A DNA stretch of 64,000 bases, from the IMG/VR virus record IMGVR_UViG_2747842453_000002, positions 32,001 through 96,000 of that record. One strand, 5' to 3'. Position 1 is the first letter of the stretch. Each line of letters begins with the position of its first letter. This DNA is from a virus. Its lineage: Duplodnaviria > Caudoviricetes. The position numbers were made by a program, and so were the translations under genes. This document shows, one piece after another, positions 18,443-27,637 of the stretch. The notes beneath the pieces were generated by a model, which made no database searches, had not been told where the DNA came from, and saw only the letters and a list, made by a program, of their open reading frames with translations.

Positions 18443-19018
18443 ATGGCTAAAAAGACTTATACAAAACTAGTACAAAATTTAGGCAGAAATGCTGCATCAG
18501 ACGAGTGTTATACACCGCCTGATAGTATAGAACCGCTGTTGAAGTACTTAGACAAGAATGCGACTTACTATGAAGCAACAAGTGGCAAATCAGGTCTTAT
18601 TGTAGAAGGGTTTACCAAATTTGGTTACAATATTGAGCCAAGCAACGGTAAAGATTTCTTTGAATGTGTGCCACGTGATGTACATGACGGAGTAATCACA
18701 AATCCTCCCTACTCCATAAAAGATAAGTTTATCCGGCATTGTTATGATTTGGGCAAACCATTTGCATTATTCTTGCCCGTTGCAAGTTTTCAAGGAGCGG
18801 GAAGAGGCAAAATGTTTATGGAATATGGTATGTCTGCACTAGTTTACAATAATCGTGTTGACTTTACTGGTGGTGGCTCACCACCATTTGGAAACGCCTG
18901 GTTTATACATGGATTTTTACCACCGAATACAATCTATTGGGTTGATAATCCATCTACAGCAAATCCAAGAAAAACAAAAGAACAACAATCATCTCAATTC
19001 GATATTTTATTTGAATAA
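18443..19018 (+). CDS. Phage N6-adenine DNA methyltransferase
   Basis: DECYTP, DFF and ITNPPYS catalytic motif; start moved to the ATG just after the polymerase stop. Confidence 0.75.
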   Translation: MAKKTYTKLVQNLGRNAASDECYTPPDSIEPLLKYLDKNATYYEATSGKSGLIVEGFTKFGYNIEPSNGKDFFECVPRDVHDGVITNPPYSIKDKFIRHCYDLGKPFALFLPVASFQGAGRGKMFMEYGMSALVYNNRVDFTGGGSPPFGNAWFIHGFLPPNTIYWVDNPSTANPRKTKEQQSSQFDILFE

Positions 19019-19023
19019 AACAC

Positions 19024-19052
19024 TTGACATTTATTTCTACCTCTGATATAAA
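19024..19052 (+). promoter_or_regulatory. Sigma-70-type promoter
   Basis: TTGACA-17-TATAAA with TGn. Confidence 0.75.
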
Positions 19053-19090
19053 ACAATCATAGATAGAATCAATACCGAAAGGTTATATAA

Positions 19091-21682
19091 ATGTTTAAGA
19101 ATACACAATGTAATACAATAACAATGGCAAGTACATTGTCAATGTTACTATGTACTACTGCTATTGCTGATACTAGTTCCATGCAATCAGATAGTGATGG
19201 ATTACTACAAAATCAATGGATTAAAACAGGTATTAATCAAGAATCAGGAACATTCGGTAGTGGAGATAGTAATACTCCCGGTGTACTATTCGATCCTACC
19301 GGTACAGGATCATTTAATAATAATTATGACTATCTAACACCAGGTGCACCATTTGATGGTCAAGCACTTATGGTAGACGGTGCAAATTATAAAAATAACA
19401 ACTGGTCAGTGTATTCAACTGATATTGTTGATTCAGATGGACTTTCAGATGGAACTAGTAGCATAACATGGAGTGGCGATGTCAGCCATAATGATTCCAC
19501 TTGGAATGTTAAGAATGTATTTAAACTAGAAGATAACAAATCTTACATTGATGTTACAACAACGGTGACCGCTGGTTCAGATGCAGCATCAGTAAATTAT
19601 GGAAAGTACATCGATCCAGATTCACAAGGTGTGGCAGGCGATACCAGCGCAACTGAAAATGTATTAGGTTATTCTGGTGTTCCAGAGACTAATCTGGTTA
19701 TTAGCGAAGCAAATGTTTCAAAATATGCACTAGGATTATATACAACAGATACTAACGTAACTGCAGGTATTCAATCATGGGCAACAGATGCGGATGCATA
19801 TGATGGTTCAAAATATAAAAATGCGGACGGTGAAGAAGTTCCATATGGAACAGGCGACGATACAATTGGTATTAGTTGGCACTGGACTGATGTTGCAGTA
19901 GGTGATATTCTTTCAATAAACTATGCATACATTTTAGGCGAAACTGTCTTTGATGCCATTGAAGATTCAGAAGACGCTGGCGGTGGTGCTGATAATGATT
20001 GGGTGGTTGAAGATATTGGAACTGCAACAGAAGCCGCAATCGCTGCACCAGCACGTGAGGCGGCAGCGGCAGAAGCCGCAGAAGCAGAAGCAGCGCGGGT
20101 AGCAGCCGCAGAGGCAGAGGCGGCACGTGTAGCAGAGGCAGAGGCAGAGGCAGCACGTATTGCAGCCGCAGACGCAGAGGCGGCACGTGTAGCAGCCGCA
20201 GAAGCAGAAGCAGCGCGGGTAGCAGAGGCAGAGGCAGAAGCAGCGCGGGTAGCAGAAGCAGATGCAGAAGCAGCACGTTTTGCAGCCGCAGAAGCAGAGG
20301 CGGCACGTGTAGCAGCCGTAGAAGCAGCAGAGGCAGCAGAGGCAGCACGTATTGCAGCGGAAGCAGCAGAAGCGGCAGAAGCGGCAGAAGCAGCAGAGGT
20401 GGCACGTGTTGCGGCAGAAGAGGCGGCAGCAGCAGAAGAGGCACGTATTGCAGCAATAGAGGCAGAAGCGGCACGTGTAGCGGCGGCGGAAGAGGCGGCG
20501 GCGGAAGAGGCGGCGGCGGCAGAAGCGGCGCGAGTAGTAGCCGAAAAGGTTGTAGAAGTTGCTGAAGATACGGCTATAATTTCTGAACCAATGGTAATGG
20601 GATTTGGTTTCCAACGTGCTGTTTTTATTGCGCCTTCGATAATAGATACATCTAATGAAACTATTACATCAACAACTGAAACGCAAAGTACCACATTGCC
20701 AGTGCTAACATCTAACATCATAAAGTATGATTCTACAGTTGATAATAACTTGCAAACTATCTCTAAAGAAAATTTCACACTAGTAACAACGCCAATGGAC
20801 GTTATAACAAATTCATTTGTTCGTACTACAGAAACATATGATGATGGTTCAGAGGTAGTAACAGATGGAGATACAACTACAACAACAATCGTGCGAAATG
20901 ATATTGTCAAAACATCTAGTAATATTGAATCAGTTGTTGGTAGAGTTGATCAGGTAGAACAATTGTTAGGCATTGACATTCATAGAAATATGGATATTAA
21001 TAATGGCATCACTGTTACAAAAACAGATCATAAGATGAATAATGGCTATAATGCAGAAACAAATGTGTATAGCGTTGGCATCGAAGACATTGGAAGTAAT
21101 GATAATATATTGTTTGGTGTAGAGTATAATGAAGTTAATACAACTATGACAGGAAGTGATAGTAATGGTAGTATGAAAACCCACGCATATAGAATTGATA
21201 TTGGCAAATCATTTGATAACAATGATACAAAATTAACCACATCATTTAATCATACAACATCCGATATTTCATATTCTAGAACAATTGGCAACTATGCAGC
21301 AGGCGGCGTGACTACCTCAACCGATAATTATGCAAGTCTTATGTTAGAAAAAGAAACTGGCAATGTTCGTCCATTCTTTGGTTACACAATCGGAAATCGA
21401 AAAACTCAAGGTCACACCGAAACTGGTGATGTACTAGCAGTTTTAGATTATACAACTGAAAGTGACACATATAATTATGCAACAGTTGGTGTTAACATTG
21501 ATTATGGTATTATTACTGCAAGTATTCGCAAAGATTTTGATACATATAATACCACCAGCATTGATTTAGATATCAATAAATCGATTGATGATAAAGTTAA
21601 TTTGATTCTAGGAGTTAATCGGAATATATCAAACTATGATACTAGTGATTCCGTAACTGCAGGTTTATCTTGGACTTTCTAA
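19091..21682 (+). CDS. Secreted autotransporter-like outer-membrane protein with Ala/Glu-rich stalk
   Basis: Signal-peptide-like N-terminus (AIA-D); beta-rich passenger region; AEAARV repeats; alternating beta-strand C-terminus ending GLSWTF. Confidence 0.6.
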   Translation: MFKNTQCNTITMASTLSMLLCTTAIADTSSMQSDSDGLLQNQWIKTGINQESGTFGSGDSNTPGVLFDPTGTGSFNNNYDYLTPGAPFDGQALMVDGANYKNNNWSVYSTDIVDSDGLSDGTSSITWSGDVSHNDSTWNVKNVFKLEDNKSYIDVTTTVTAGSDAASVNYGKYIDPDSQGVAGDTSATENVLGYSGVPETNLVISEANVSKYALGLYTTDTNVTAGIQSWATDADAYDGSKYKNADGEEVPYGTGDDTIGISWHWTDVAVGDILSINYAYILGETVFDAIEDSEDAGGGADNDWVVEDIGTATEAAIAAPAREAAAAEAAEAEAARVAAAEAEAARVAEAEAEAARIAAADAEAARVAAAEAEAARVAEAEAEAARVAEADAEAARFAAAEAEAARVAAVEAAEAAEAARIAAEAAEAAEAAEAAEVARVAAEEAAAAEEARIAAIEAEAARVAAAEEAAAEEAAAAEAARVVAEKVVEVAEDTAIISEPMVMGFGFQRAVFIAPSIIDTSNETITSTTETQSTTLPVLTSNIIKYDSTVDNNLQTISKENFTLVTTPMDVITNSFVRTTETYDDGSEVVTDGDTTTTTIVRNDIVKTSSNIESVVGRVDQVEQLLGIDIHRNMDINNGITVTKTDHKMNNGYNAETNVYSVGIEDIGSNDNILFGVEYNEVNTTMTGSDSNGSMKTHAYRIDIGKSFDNNDTKLTTSFNHTTSDISYSRTIGNYAAGGVTTSTDNYASLMLEKETGNVRPFFGYTIGNRKTQGHTETGDVLAVLDYTTESDTYNYATVGVNIDYGIITASIRKDFDTYNTTSIDLDINKSIDDKVNLILGVNRNISNYDTSDSVTAGLSWTF
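20055..20535 (+). repeat. GC-rich coding tandem repeat, ~30-nt unit (AAAEAEAARV)
   Basis: GCAGCCGCAGAAGCAGAAGCAGCGCGGGTA-like units that degenerate toward the 3' end. Confidence 0.9.
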
Positions 21683-21695
21683 GATTATAAAAATA

Positions 21696-21742
21696 CAAAG
21701 TTGTCGATTTATATTGACAACTTTGCTTAATTATGATAATAT
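21696..21742 (+). promoter_or_regulatory. Inverted repeat overlapping a sigma-70 -35 box
   Basis: CAAAGTTGTC..GACAACTTTG; TTGACA at 21714 with TAATAT at 17-nt spacing. Confidence 0.5.
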
Positions 21743-21767
21743 ATAACATATAACATAGGAGAACGCA

Positions 21768-22523
21768 ATGCGTGACATTTTAAAAGATATTGTAAAACAC
21801 ACACATGGTCTTGGTATTATCCAAGCAGTGAAAGTTACAACAGATGATAATTCAACCGTATTAGATGCAATGGATGATGATAGAACTGTTGTGCTACGAG
21901 CAAAAATGCACAATCGGGTAGAAGAATTTGCAGGCAAATTTGGTATGGGACGCTTGGGTGTAACAAGTGGATATCTATCATACGAAAACACAGATGATAG
22001 TGGTAAAAGTTACGGTGCTGATATAAGTGTAGGAACAATGGAACGTAATGGTGAAACTGTTCCATCTGAGTTTAAATTTTCAATGAAGGGTGTATTTGAT
22101 GCTACGTATCGTGTAATTTCGAGTGAACTAGTAGACTCACAAATTAAAACAGCAAACTTCAGAGGGGCTAAATGGGATGTAGAAATTATGCCTTCTTCGA
22201 AGGCCGTTAAAGATTTACAGACATTTGCAGGTATTTTGAGTGCATATGATCCATTATTTACGGTGAAAACTGAAGGAAATGATCTACTGTTTCATATCGG
22301 TGATGCAGCAACAGATAAACTAAGTTTGAAGTTTGCGACAAACGTAGAGGGCACACTAAGTACTGGTTGGAGTTTTCCACTTGCAACAGTTTTAACTATT
22401 TTAAAATTAGGCGATACTTCTACAATGAGCATCAAAATTTCAGATCAGGGGGCAATGGCAATTCATATTGATTCTGGTATGGGATTGTATGAGTATATTC
22501 TACCAGCAAAATCTGGCAACTAA
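21768..22523 (+). CDS. Putative DNA polymerase sliding clamp (gp45-like)
   Basis: 251 aa alpha/beta pattern ending YEYILPA; lies in the replication module near the polymerase. Confidence 0.65.
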   Translation: MRDILKDIVKHTHGLGIIQAVKVTTDDNSTVLDAMDDDRTVVLRAKMHNRVEEFAGKFGMGRLGVTSGYLSYENTDDSGKSYGADISVGTMERNGETVPSEFKFSMKGVFDATYRVISSELVDSQIKTANFRGAKWDVEIMPSSKAVKDLQTFAGILSAYDPLFTVKTEGNDLLFHIGDAATDKLSLKFATNVEGTLSTGWSFPLATVLTILKLGDTSTMSIKISDQGAMAIHIDSGMGLYEYILPAKSGN

Positions 22524-22579
22524 TAGTTGCCAGACATTTCATTATATAATAATATCATAGTATGGAGGATAACTAAAGT

Positions 22580-22759
22580 ATGCATATTGACAAAAAATTA
22601 CAAAGATTAGAACAACTAAAAATCGAACATCGAACACTTGATACCCGTGTAAAAAAAGAGTACAATCTAAGAAATGATGTAGCAGAACTAAAAGTGAAAA
22701 AACTTAGATTGAAGCAAGAAATTTTAGATATTGAAAAGGACCTAAATATCATTGAATAA
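22580..22759 (+). CDS. DUF465/YdcH-like small coiled-coil protein (59 aa, not in ORF track)
   Basis: LKIEHRTLDTRV..LKVKKLRLKQEI; GGAGG RBS. Confidence 0.7.
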   Translation: MHIDKKLQRLEQLKIEHRTLDTRVKKEYNLRNDVAELKVKKLRLKQEILDIEKDLNIIE

Positions 22760-22787
22760 ATTCTAAGTTAATTTAAGAATATTATAC

Positions 22788-23219
22788 CCAGGATCAAAAA
22801 ATGTTACATTCGAAACCAACACTACGCAGCATCTTTGCGATGAACTCTTCAATTATTTCAACAATAATGATTACCTTCAAGTCACTTTTAGTTGCTCACC
22901 AAAACTATCCGTTTCGGGCGAGTCTTGGGATGATTCTATTAAGCCTAACATTGCTTATGAGTATAATATTTTGGATGCTAGTGACGTTTACTTTAAGTTT
23001 GTTGTTTCTGATAGAAACGATGTTGACGAAGTTACTAGGGCTGTTCAGCAATACAGGAATGCCGGGTTGGAATGCCCAGTATATCTTATGCCGATGGGGG
23101 GACGCAGTGAAGAATATTCCCTTAACGTACAGGAAGTGGCGAAACTCTGCATGGCGCAAGGATGAAGATTTGCACCAAGACTCCACATATCTTTATTCGG
23201 AAATGCCTGGGGGACTTGA
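22788..23219 (+). pseudogene. queE: Truncated 7-carboxy-7-deazaguanine synthase remnant
   Basis: One frame reads VTFETN..SCSPKLS..FKFVV..YLMPMGG..G*RFAPRLH..FGNAWG. No start codon or CxxxCxxC half; internal TGA at 23163-23165. Confidence 0.8.
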
Positions 23220-23285
23220 CGAGGTTGCAAAATATAATCGTGGTATTACATCAGATGAACAATTGGAAAATATTAGGAAAAAAAT

Positions 23286-23468
23286 ATGAAAGATCCAAAG
23301 GTAGAAGACATGATTAAGGAACTAAAAACATTGATGAAAGACCTTAATAAATTAAATGTAAAATTGTATAAGCAAGGGGTGTCATATAGGCTAAACGATG
23401 GTTATGATGAAAAAACAGTATCTAAATTTATAGAAATACAACACCTAAAACAAACTGTGGAGTACTAA
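23286..23468 (+). CDS. Hypothetical protein
   Basis: 60-aa ORF, AGGA RBS, co-oriented with neighbours. Confidence 0.55.
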   Translation: MKDPKVEDMIKELKTLMKDLNKLNVKLYKQGVSYRLNDGYDEKTVSKFIEIQHLKQTVEY

Positions 23469-23472
23469 TCTT

Positions 23473-23946
23473 ATGAGTAAAATAAAAGATTGGTTCATAA
23501 CAATTCTTATGGATCAAAAAAGTAAAGAAAAATATCTCATTGAAAAGGCGCCGGATAATGATTCAAAAAAAAGAAAACTTTTAGATTATAATCTAAAACA
23601 TTCTAATATTACACAAGATGAATTTGATAAACAAACGGCAACATTGGATGGTGAGCCGTATATTCGTGTCGTTAATTTAGAAATGGATTCCAAATCGCCA
23701 AGTGCGGGATATTTTGAACTAGACTTTAATGAAAATTTTGTTGAATATCTTGCTGATAGTGGATATGAAGGTGTAGAGCCAGATGAAATAGTTGATAATT
23801 GGTTCAATGATTTGTGTCAAAATATTGTAATGGAAGGATTAGAAGATAGCGATGGCATAACAAAAAGTGTAGATACAAAAAGCAAACAAGGTCTAATCAT
23901 TCAAAAATTAAAAACTGATAATGATGATACAGTAGAATACTCTTGA
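23473..23946 (+). CDS. Hypothetical phage protein
   Basis: 157-aa ORF in operon context. Confidence 0.7.
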   Translation: MSKIKDWFITILMDQKSKEKYLIEKAPDNDSKKRKLLDYNLKHSNITQDEFDKQTATLDGEPYIRVVNLEMDSKSPSAGYFELDFNENFVEYLADSGYEGVEPDEIVDNWFNDLCQNIVMEGLEDSDGITKSVDTKSKQGLIIQKLKTDNDDTVEYS

Positions 23947-23971
23947 CATTCACAATAAAATCATCTATGAT
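23943..23971 (+). promoter_or_regulatory. Sigma-70-type promoter
   Basis: TTGACA-17-TATGAT. Confidence 0.75.
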
Positions 23972-23999
23972 AGAATCATATTCATAAACAGAGGTAATA

Positions 24000-25001
24000 A
24001 TGGCTACTTTCATTCTAGTTGATAGTCTCAACATGTATCATCGTGCAAAGCATGTGACACATCGTGGTGCTGATATCGACACTAAAATTGGCATGTCTTT
24101 TCACATTATGATGTCCAGTGTGAAGATGTGCTATAATATGTTTAATGCAGATCATGCAGTTTTTTGTTTAGAAGGACGCAGTTGGCGTAAGGACTTCTAT
24201 ACACCATATAAAGCACAGCGTAGAGCCGCACAGATGGCAAAAAGTGAACGTGAACAAGAAGAAGATGCTATCATGTTTGGTGCATATGATAATATGATAA
24301 AGTTCTTAGATGAACGCACCAATTGTACATTGTTACAAAATCCAGAAGCAGAAGCAGATGATATGATTGCGCTGTTTATTGAATCGCATCCAAATGATCA
24401 TCATGTTATTATCAGTAGTGATAGCGATTATCAACAGTTAATTTGTGATAACGTGACAATCTACGATGGTGTACAAAATCGTATTATTACACCAGATGGA
24501 TTCTTCAAAGATGATAAGAAACGTACACCCATTAAAGATAAAAAAACCAAAGAAGTATTATCTCCACCTGACCCCGAGTGGTTGCTTTTTGAAAAGTGTA
24601 TTCGTGGCGATACAAGTGATAATATATTCAGTGCTTATCCTGGTTGTCGCAAGAAAGGCACTAAGAACAAAGTAGGCATGATTGAAGCATATGAAGATCG
24701 TAATACAGGTGGCTTCAATTGGAATAACTTTATGCTACAGCGTTGGACAGATCATAATGGCGAAGAACATACAGTACGTGATATGTATGAACGTAATAAA
24801 AAGTTGATTGATCTTACTGCGCAGCCACAAGATTTAAAGATAAAGTTTATTGAAACTATCGCTGATCGCAGTATTCCTAAGAACAAAGCAGGTGTTGGCG
24901 TAAACTTTCTTCGCTGGTGCGGCGAATGGGACTTACAAAATCTAGCAAAAGCACCAGATGAAATGGCTGCTATCTTAAATAAAGGTTATCCACATGCTTA
25001 G
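24000..25001 (+). CDS. rnh: T4-type RNase H / 5'-3' flap exonuclease
   Basis: ILVD, WRKDFY..YKAQR, EADD, SSDSDY and GDTSDNI motifs. Confidence 0.9.
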   Translation: MATFILVDSLNMYHRAKHVTHRGADIDTKIGMSFHIMMSSVKMCYNMFNADHAVFCLEGRSWRKDFYTPYKAQRRAAQMAKSEREQEEDAIMFGAYDNMIKFLDERTNCTLLQNPEAEADDMIALFIESHPNDHHVIISSDSDYQQLICDNVTIYDGVQNRIITPDGFFKDDKKRTPIKDKKTKEVLSPPDPEWLLFEKCIRGDTSDNIFSAYPGCRKKGTKNKVGMIEAYEDRNTGGFNWNNFMLQRWTDHNGEEHTVRDMYERNKKLIDLTAQPQDLKIKFIETIADRSIPKNKAGVGVNFLRWCGEWDLQNLAKAPDEMAAILNKGYPHA

Positions 25002-25710
25002 ATTCATCTTTGATGTAGATGGCACACTAACTCCAAGTAGATGTGCTATTGATCCAAAGTTTTTAAGATTTATGTTGAGATTTGTAAAAGACAATTCTGT
25101 ATACTTAGCAACAGGAAGTGATGCGCCAAAGACTATTGAGCAAATAGGAAAAGAATTATTTAATTCTGTAACACGTTCTTATAACTGTAATGGTAATTCT
25201 GTATGGGAGAAAGGTGTAAATATACATAATAATCCATGGAAGATAAAAGTACCAGCACATCAAACATTACGATACTGGTTAGAAAATACAAAATTTCCAC
25301 ATCTTACCGGCACTCATATTGAAGAACGCCCGGGCATGGTTAACTTCTCAATTGTGGGACGGGGTGCTAATACTGAACAACGTGCAGAGTATGTAAAGTG
25401 GGACAAAGAATATAATGAACGTGAAAACATGGCATTGTATATTAATTACAACAATGATGAATTTAAAGATGTAACTGCCACGGTAGGTGGAGAGACTGGT
25501 ATTGATATAGGTCCCACGGGCTCTGATAAGAGCCAGATACTTACAGACTTCAATAAAAATGATACAATTGTATTCTTTGGAGATGGCATCTTTGATGGCG
25601 GAAATGATTACACACTAGCACAGACAATTAAGAAAAAAGGTGTAGGTAGAACCCACAAAGTATCCAAGTGGGAAGAAACATATGAGATTTTAAAGAATGT
25701 ATACAGTTGA
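24994..25710 (+). CDS. HAD-IIB hydrolase, phosphomannomutase (PMM)-like
   Basis: FDVDGTLTPSR, ERPGMVNFSIVGR, GGETGIDI and FFGD..GGNDY motifs. Confidence 0.8.
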   Translation: MLRFIFDVDGTLTPSRCAIDPKFLRFMLRFVKDNSVYLATGSDAPKTIEQIGKELFNSVTRSYNCNGNSVWEKGVNIHNNPWKIKVPAHQTLRYWLENTKFPHLTGTHIEERPGMVNFSIVGRGANTEQRAEYVKWDKEYNERENMALYINYNNDEFKDVTATVGGETGIDIGPTGSDKSQILTDFNKNDTIVFFGDGIFDGGNDYTLAQTIKKKGVGRTHKVSKWEETYEILKNVYS

Positions 25711-26203
25711 AATAGTAACAGATAAATTTTGGATAATTGAAGATACTGGAATAAAACTTGGTATTATAAGAAAAGTAAAATCGGGTGACTATGAAATAAT
25801 TATGCAAGATACAAATGATATTGAAATCTTGTCATTCAATAATCTTGTCAAAAAATTTGGAAGTAAAATTCTAGAATCTCGCCAAGTTAAAAAAATTGAA
25901 AGTGTAGGCAAAGACAGTGGATATTCAATTGATGAAGTTGAAGGGTATCCATGTAAACATCGTGCATTCAATATAGAAACGATAGAATTAAAAGGTAAAC
26001 AAATTCCAACATATACAAAGAGTATCACAAGTAAAGTACGTTATGCAGCAGGATACTATGGAGTAAGATTTCCAAGTGATTGGAGATGGTTTTATGGTGG
26101 CAAACTTGATACATTAAATTCATGTAACTTTATAGGACCATATAAAACAAAATCTGAAATGCAAACAGAGACACTTATGGCAAATAAACGGGAAGTAGTA
26201 TAA
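25697..26203 (+). CDS. Hypothetical phage protein
   Basis: 168-aa ORF overlapping the upstream stop. Confidence 0.7.
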   Translation: MYTVEIVTDKFWIIEDTGIKLGIIRKVKSGDYEIIMQDTNDIEILSFNNLVKKFGSKILESRQVKKIESVGKDSGYSIDEVEGYPCKHRAFNIETIELKGKQIPTYTKSITSKVRYAAGYYGVRFPSDWRWFYGGKLDTLNSCNFIGPYKTKSEMQTETLMANKREVV

Positions 26204-26205
26204 AT

Positions 26206-26394
26206 ATGTCGTATACACAAATAAAAAGTTTTCTTATTTCGGTTAATAAATCTGCAGTTAGAAAAGATCCATATATTCGTATAAGTATGGAAGATGCAGT
26301 TAAATTACAAACAGAATTATCTCTACTTCTTATGGAATTAAAAGATACAAACACAACACCAAAAACAGTCACATTTGACGGGGGAAAATTTTAA
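26206..26394 (+). CDS. Hypothetical protein
   Basis: 62-aa ORF; TATAAATA overlaps the start; ends FDGGKF. Confidence 0.6.
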   Translation: MSYTQIKSFLISVNKSAVRKDPYIRISMEDAVKLQTELSLLLMELKDTNTTPKTVTFDGGKF

Positions 26395-26696
26395 TGCCAG
26401 ATTTTAACGCAGTTATGATTATAGGACACTTTGTTGTTTCTATATTTCAAATTCCACTAGGACAACCACTATATCAATTTATGCCATTTCCAAGTATGGA
26501 TAGATGCCAAGAATATGTACAATATGCAGTAACACAACCAGCAGGATTCACTATGGATCTAGAATATAAAATGTATAAGACAGCACAATGTGTTACAAAA
26601 GAAGAATTTCAAAGACAAATGGAATTGTATAATAAACAAAATGTAGCACCATCAACTCCAGAATTACCAGAAGAAAATAAGGATGGATGGAAATAA
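26394..26696 (+). CDS. Hypothetical protein, possibly exported
   Basis: Hydrophobic N-terminus, two Cys; TAATG translational coupling. Confidence 0.6.
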   Translation: MPDFNAVMIIGHFVVSIFQIPLGQPLYQFMPFPSMDRCQEYVQYAVTQPAGFTMDLEYKMYKTAQCVTKEEFQRQMELYNKQNVAPSTPELPEENKDGWK

Positions 26697-26733
26697 GATA
26701 AATATACTATAATACCAATAAGGAATATAGTAT

Positions 26734-27606
26734 ATGAAATATCTAAGTAAAGCACGTGAAGTCGCAATCTTAACAATAAAATCAACTTGGATATATAAAC
26801 AACTTATAAAACTTGTATCAAAACCTATGTATCTATTGCTAATTGTTGTAGTTATAGTGCTAGGTGGGTTGCACTTAAAAAACTATGTGAATTCATATAT
26901 AGCAGAATTTAAAAGACTAAATGATGCAGATGTGCAGGCAGAAAAACTAAAAGCAGAAGAAGAAAAGCATTTAGATTTTGTTAAGATAGATGATTTCTTA
27001 TACACATTAACTGGCAGTGTTGGTGATGGCGACTGTGACCGTATCGTTCCCAATATGCCAATGGACTTTACTGTTATTCTAGAAAGCCCAGGTGGCAATC
27101 TAGCAGAAGGATCTTGTATTGCAGCACACTTTAAATTAAGAAATGTTGTGACAGTTGTGCGTGATACACCAGTAATGAATGAAAACGGTAAAATTATATA
27201 CTCTCCAGGTAAAGTTGGAGATGAATTAGATATAGACCATCTAAAAAATAAAACAGTATGCGCAAGTGCATGTGGTCTTATGTTTTTAGGCGGAGATAGA
27301 AGATATCTTATAGGTGATGTTTGGTTCGGTATTCACGGACCAGGTACACCAGAACAATTTATTAGTAGAATGCCTGCTAGACAAGCAGAATCTGGGGCAT
27401 ATCGTACTGCTAGTAATCTCTTGGGATTATTAGAAGAACTTGGGGTTGACGATCCAGAAGTTCGTAAATTGTTTATACAAATCCCAAATCAAACTATGTA
27501 TTGGTTGAAACCAACTGACTTCAAAGCGAAGTCAGGACTAGTTTCTTTGGCAACAAATTATGTAAATTTTTGGGGTTTGACTACTGCAACACTTAATCCA
27601 GTATAA
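26734..27606 (+). CDS. Membrane-anchored ClpP/crotonase-fold periplasmic protein (COG3904-like)
   Basis: N-terminal TM helix; LESPGG, CASACGLMFLGG.RR and GIHGP motifs; GATAAATA at 26697. Confidence 0.65.
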   Translation: MKYLSKAREVAILTIKSTWIYKQLIKLVSKPMYLLLIVVVIVLGGLHLKNYVNSYIAEFKRLNDADVQAEKLKAEEEKHLDFVKIDDFLYTLTGSVGDGDCDRIVPNMPMDFTVILESPGGNLAEGSCIAAHFKLRNVVTVVRDTPVMNENGKIIYSPGKVGDELDIDHLKNKTVCASACGLMFLGGDRRYLIGDVWFGIHGPGTPEQFISRMPARQAESGAYRTASNLLGLLEELGVDDPEVRKLFIQIPNQTMYWLKPTDFKAKSGLVSLATNYVNFWGLTTATLNPV

Positions 27607-27637
27607 GGATAAGGTTGCCAAATAGGAGGACTACAAA

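Noticed and set aside
19872-20910. Three long antisense ORFs (200, 329 and 215 aa, one Cys/Arg-rich) that could look like RiPP precursors
   Set aside because: They are shadows of the GC-rich Ala/Glu repeat on the + strand, which lacks stop codons in antisense frames; no RBS or promoter.
23163-23165. TGA at a Trp position suggesting genetic-code reassignment
   Set aside because: TGA serves as a normal stop elsewhere (8469, 13178, several ATGA overlaps) and long genes use TGG without interruption; it is better explained as a nonsense mutation.
22801-23289. 162-aa ORF in the track
   Set aside because: It is an alternate frame over the queE remnant. At most the last ~28 codons (MPGGLD..) might be a real small gene.
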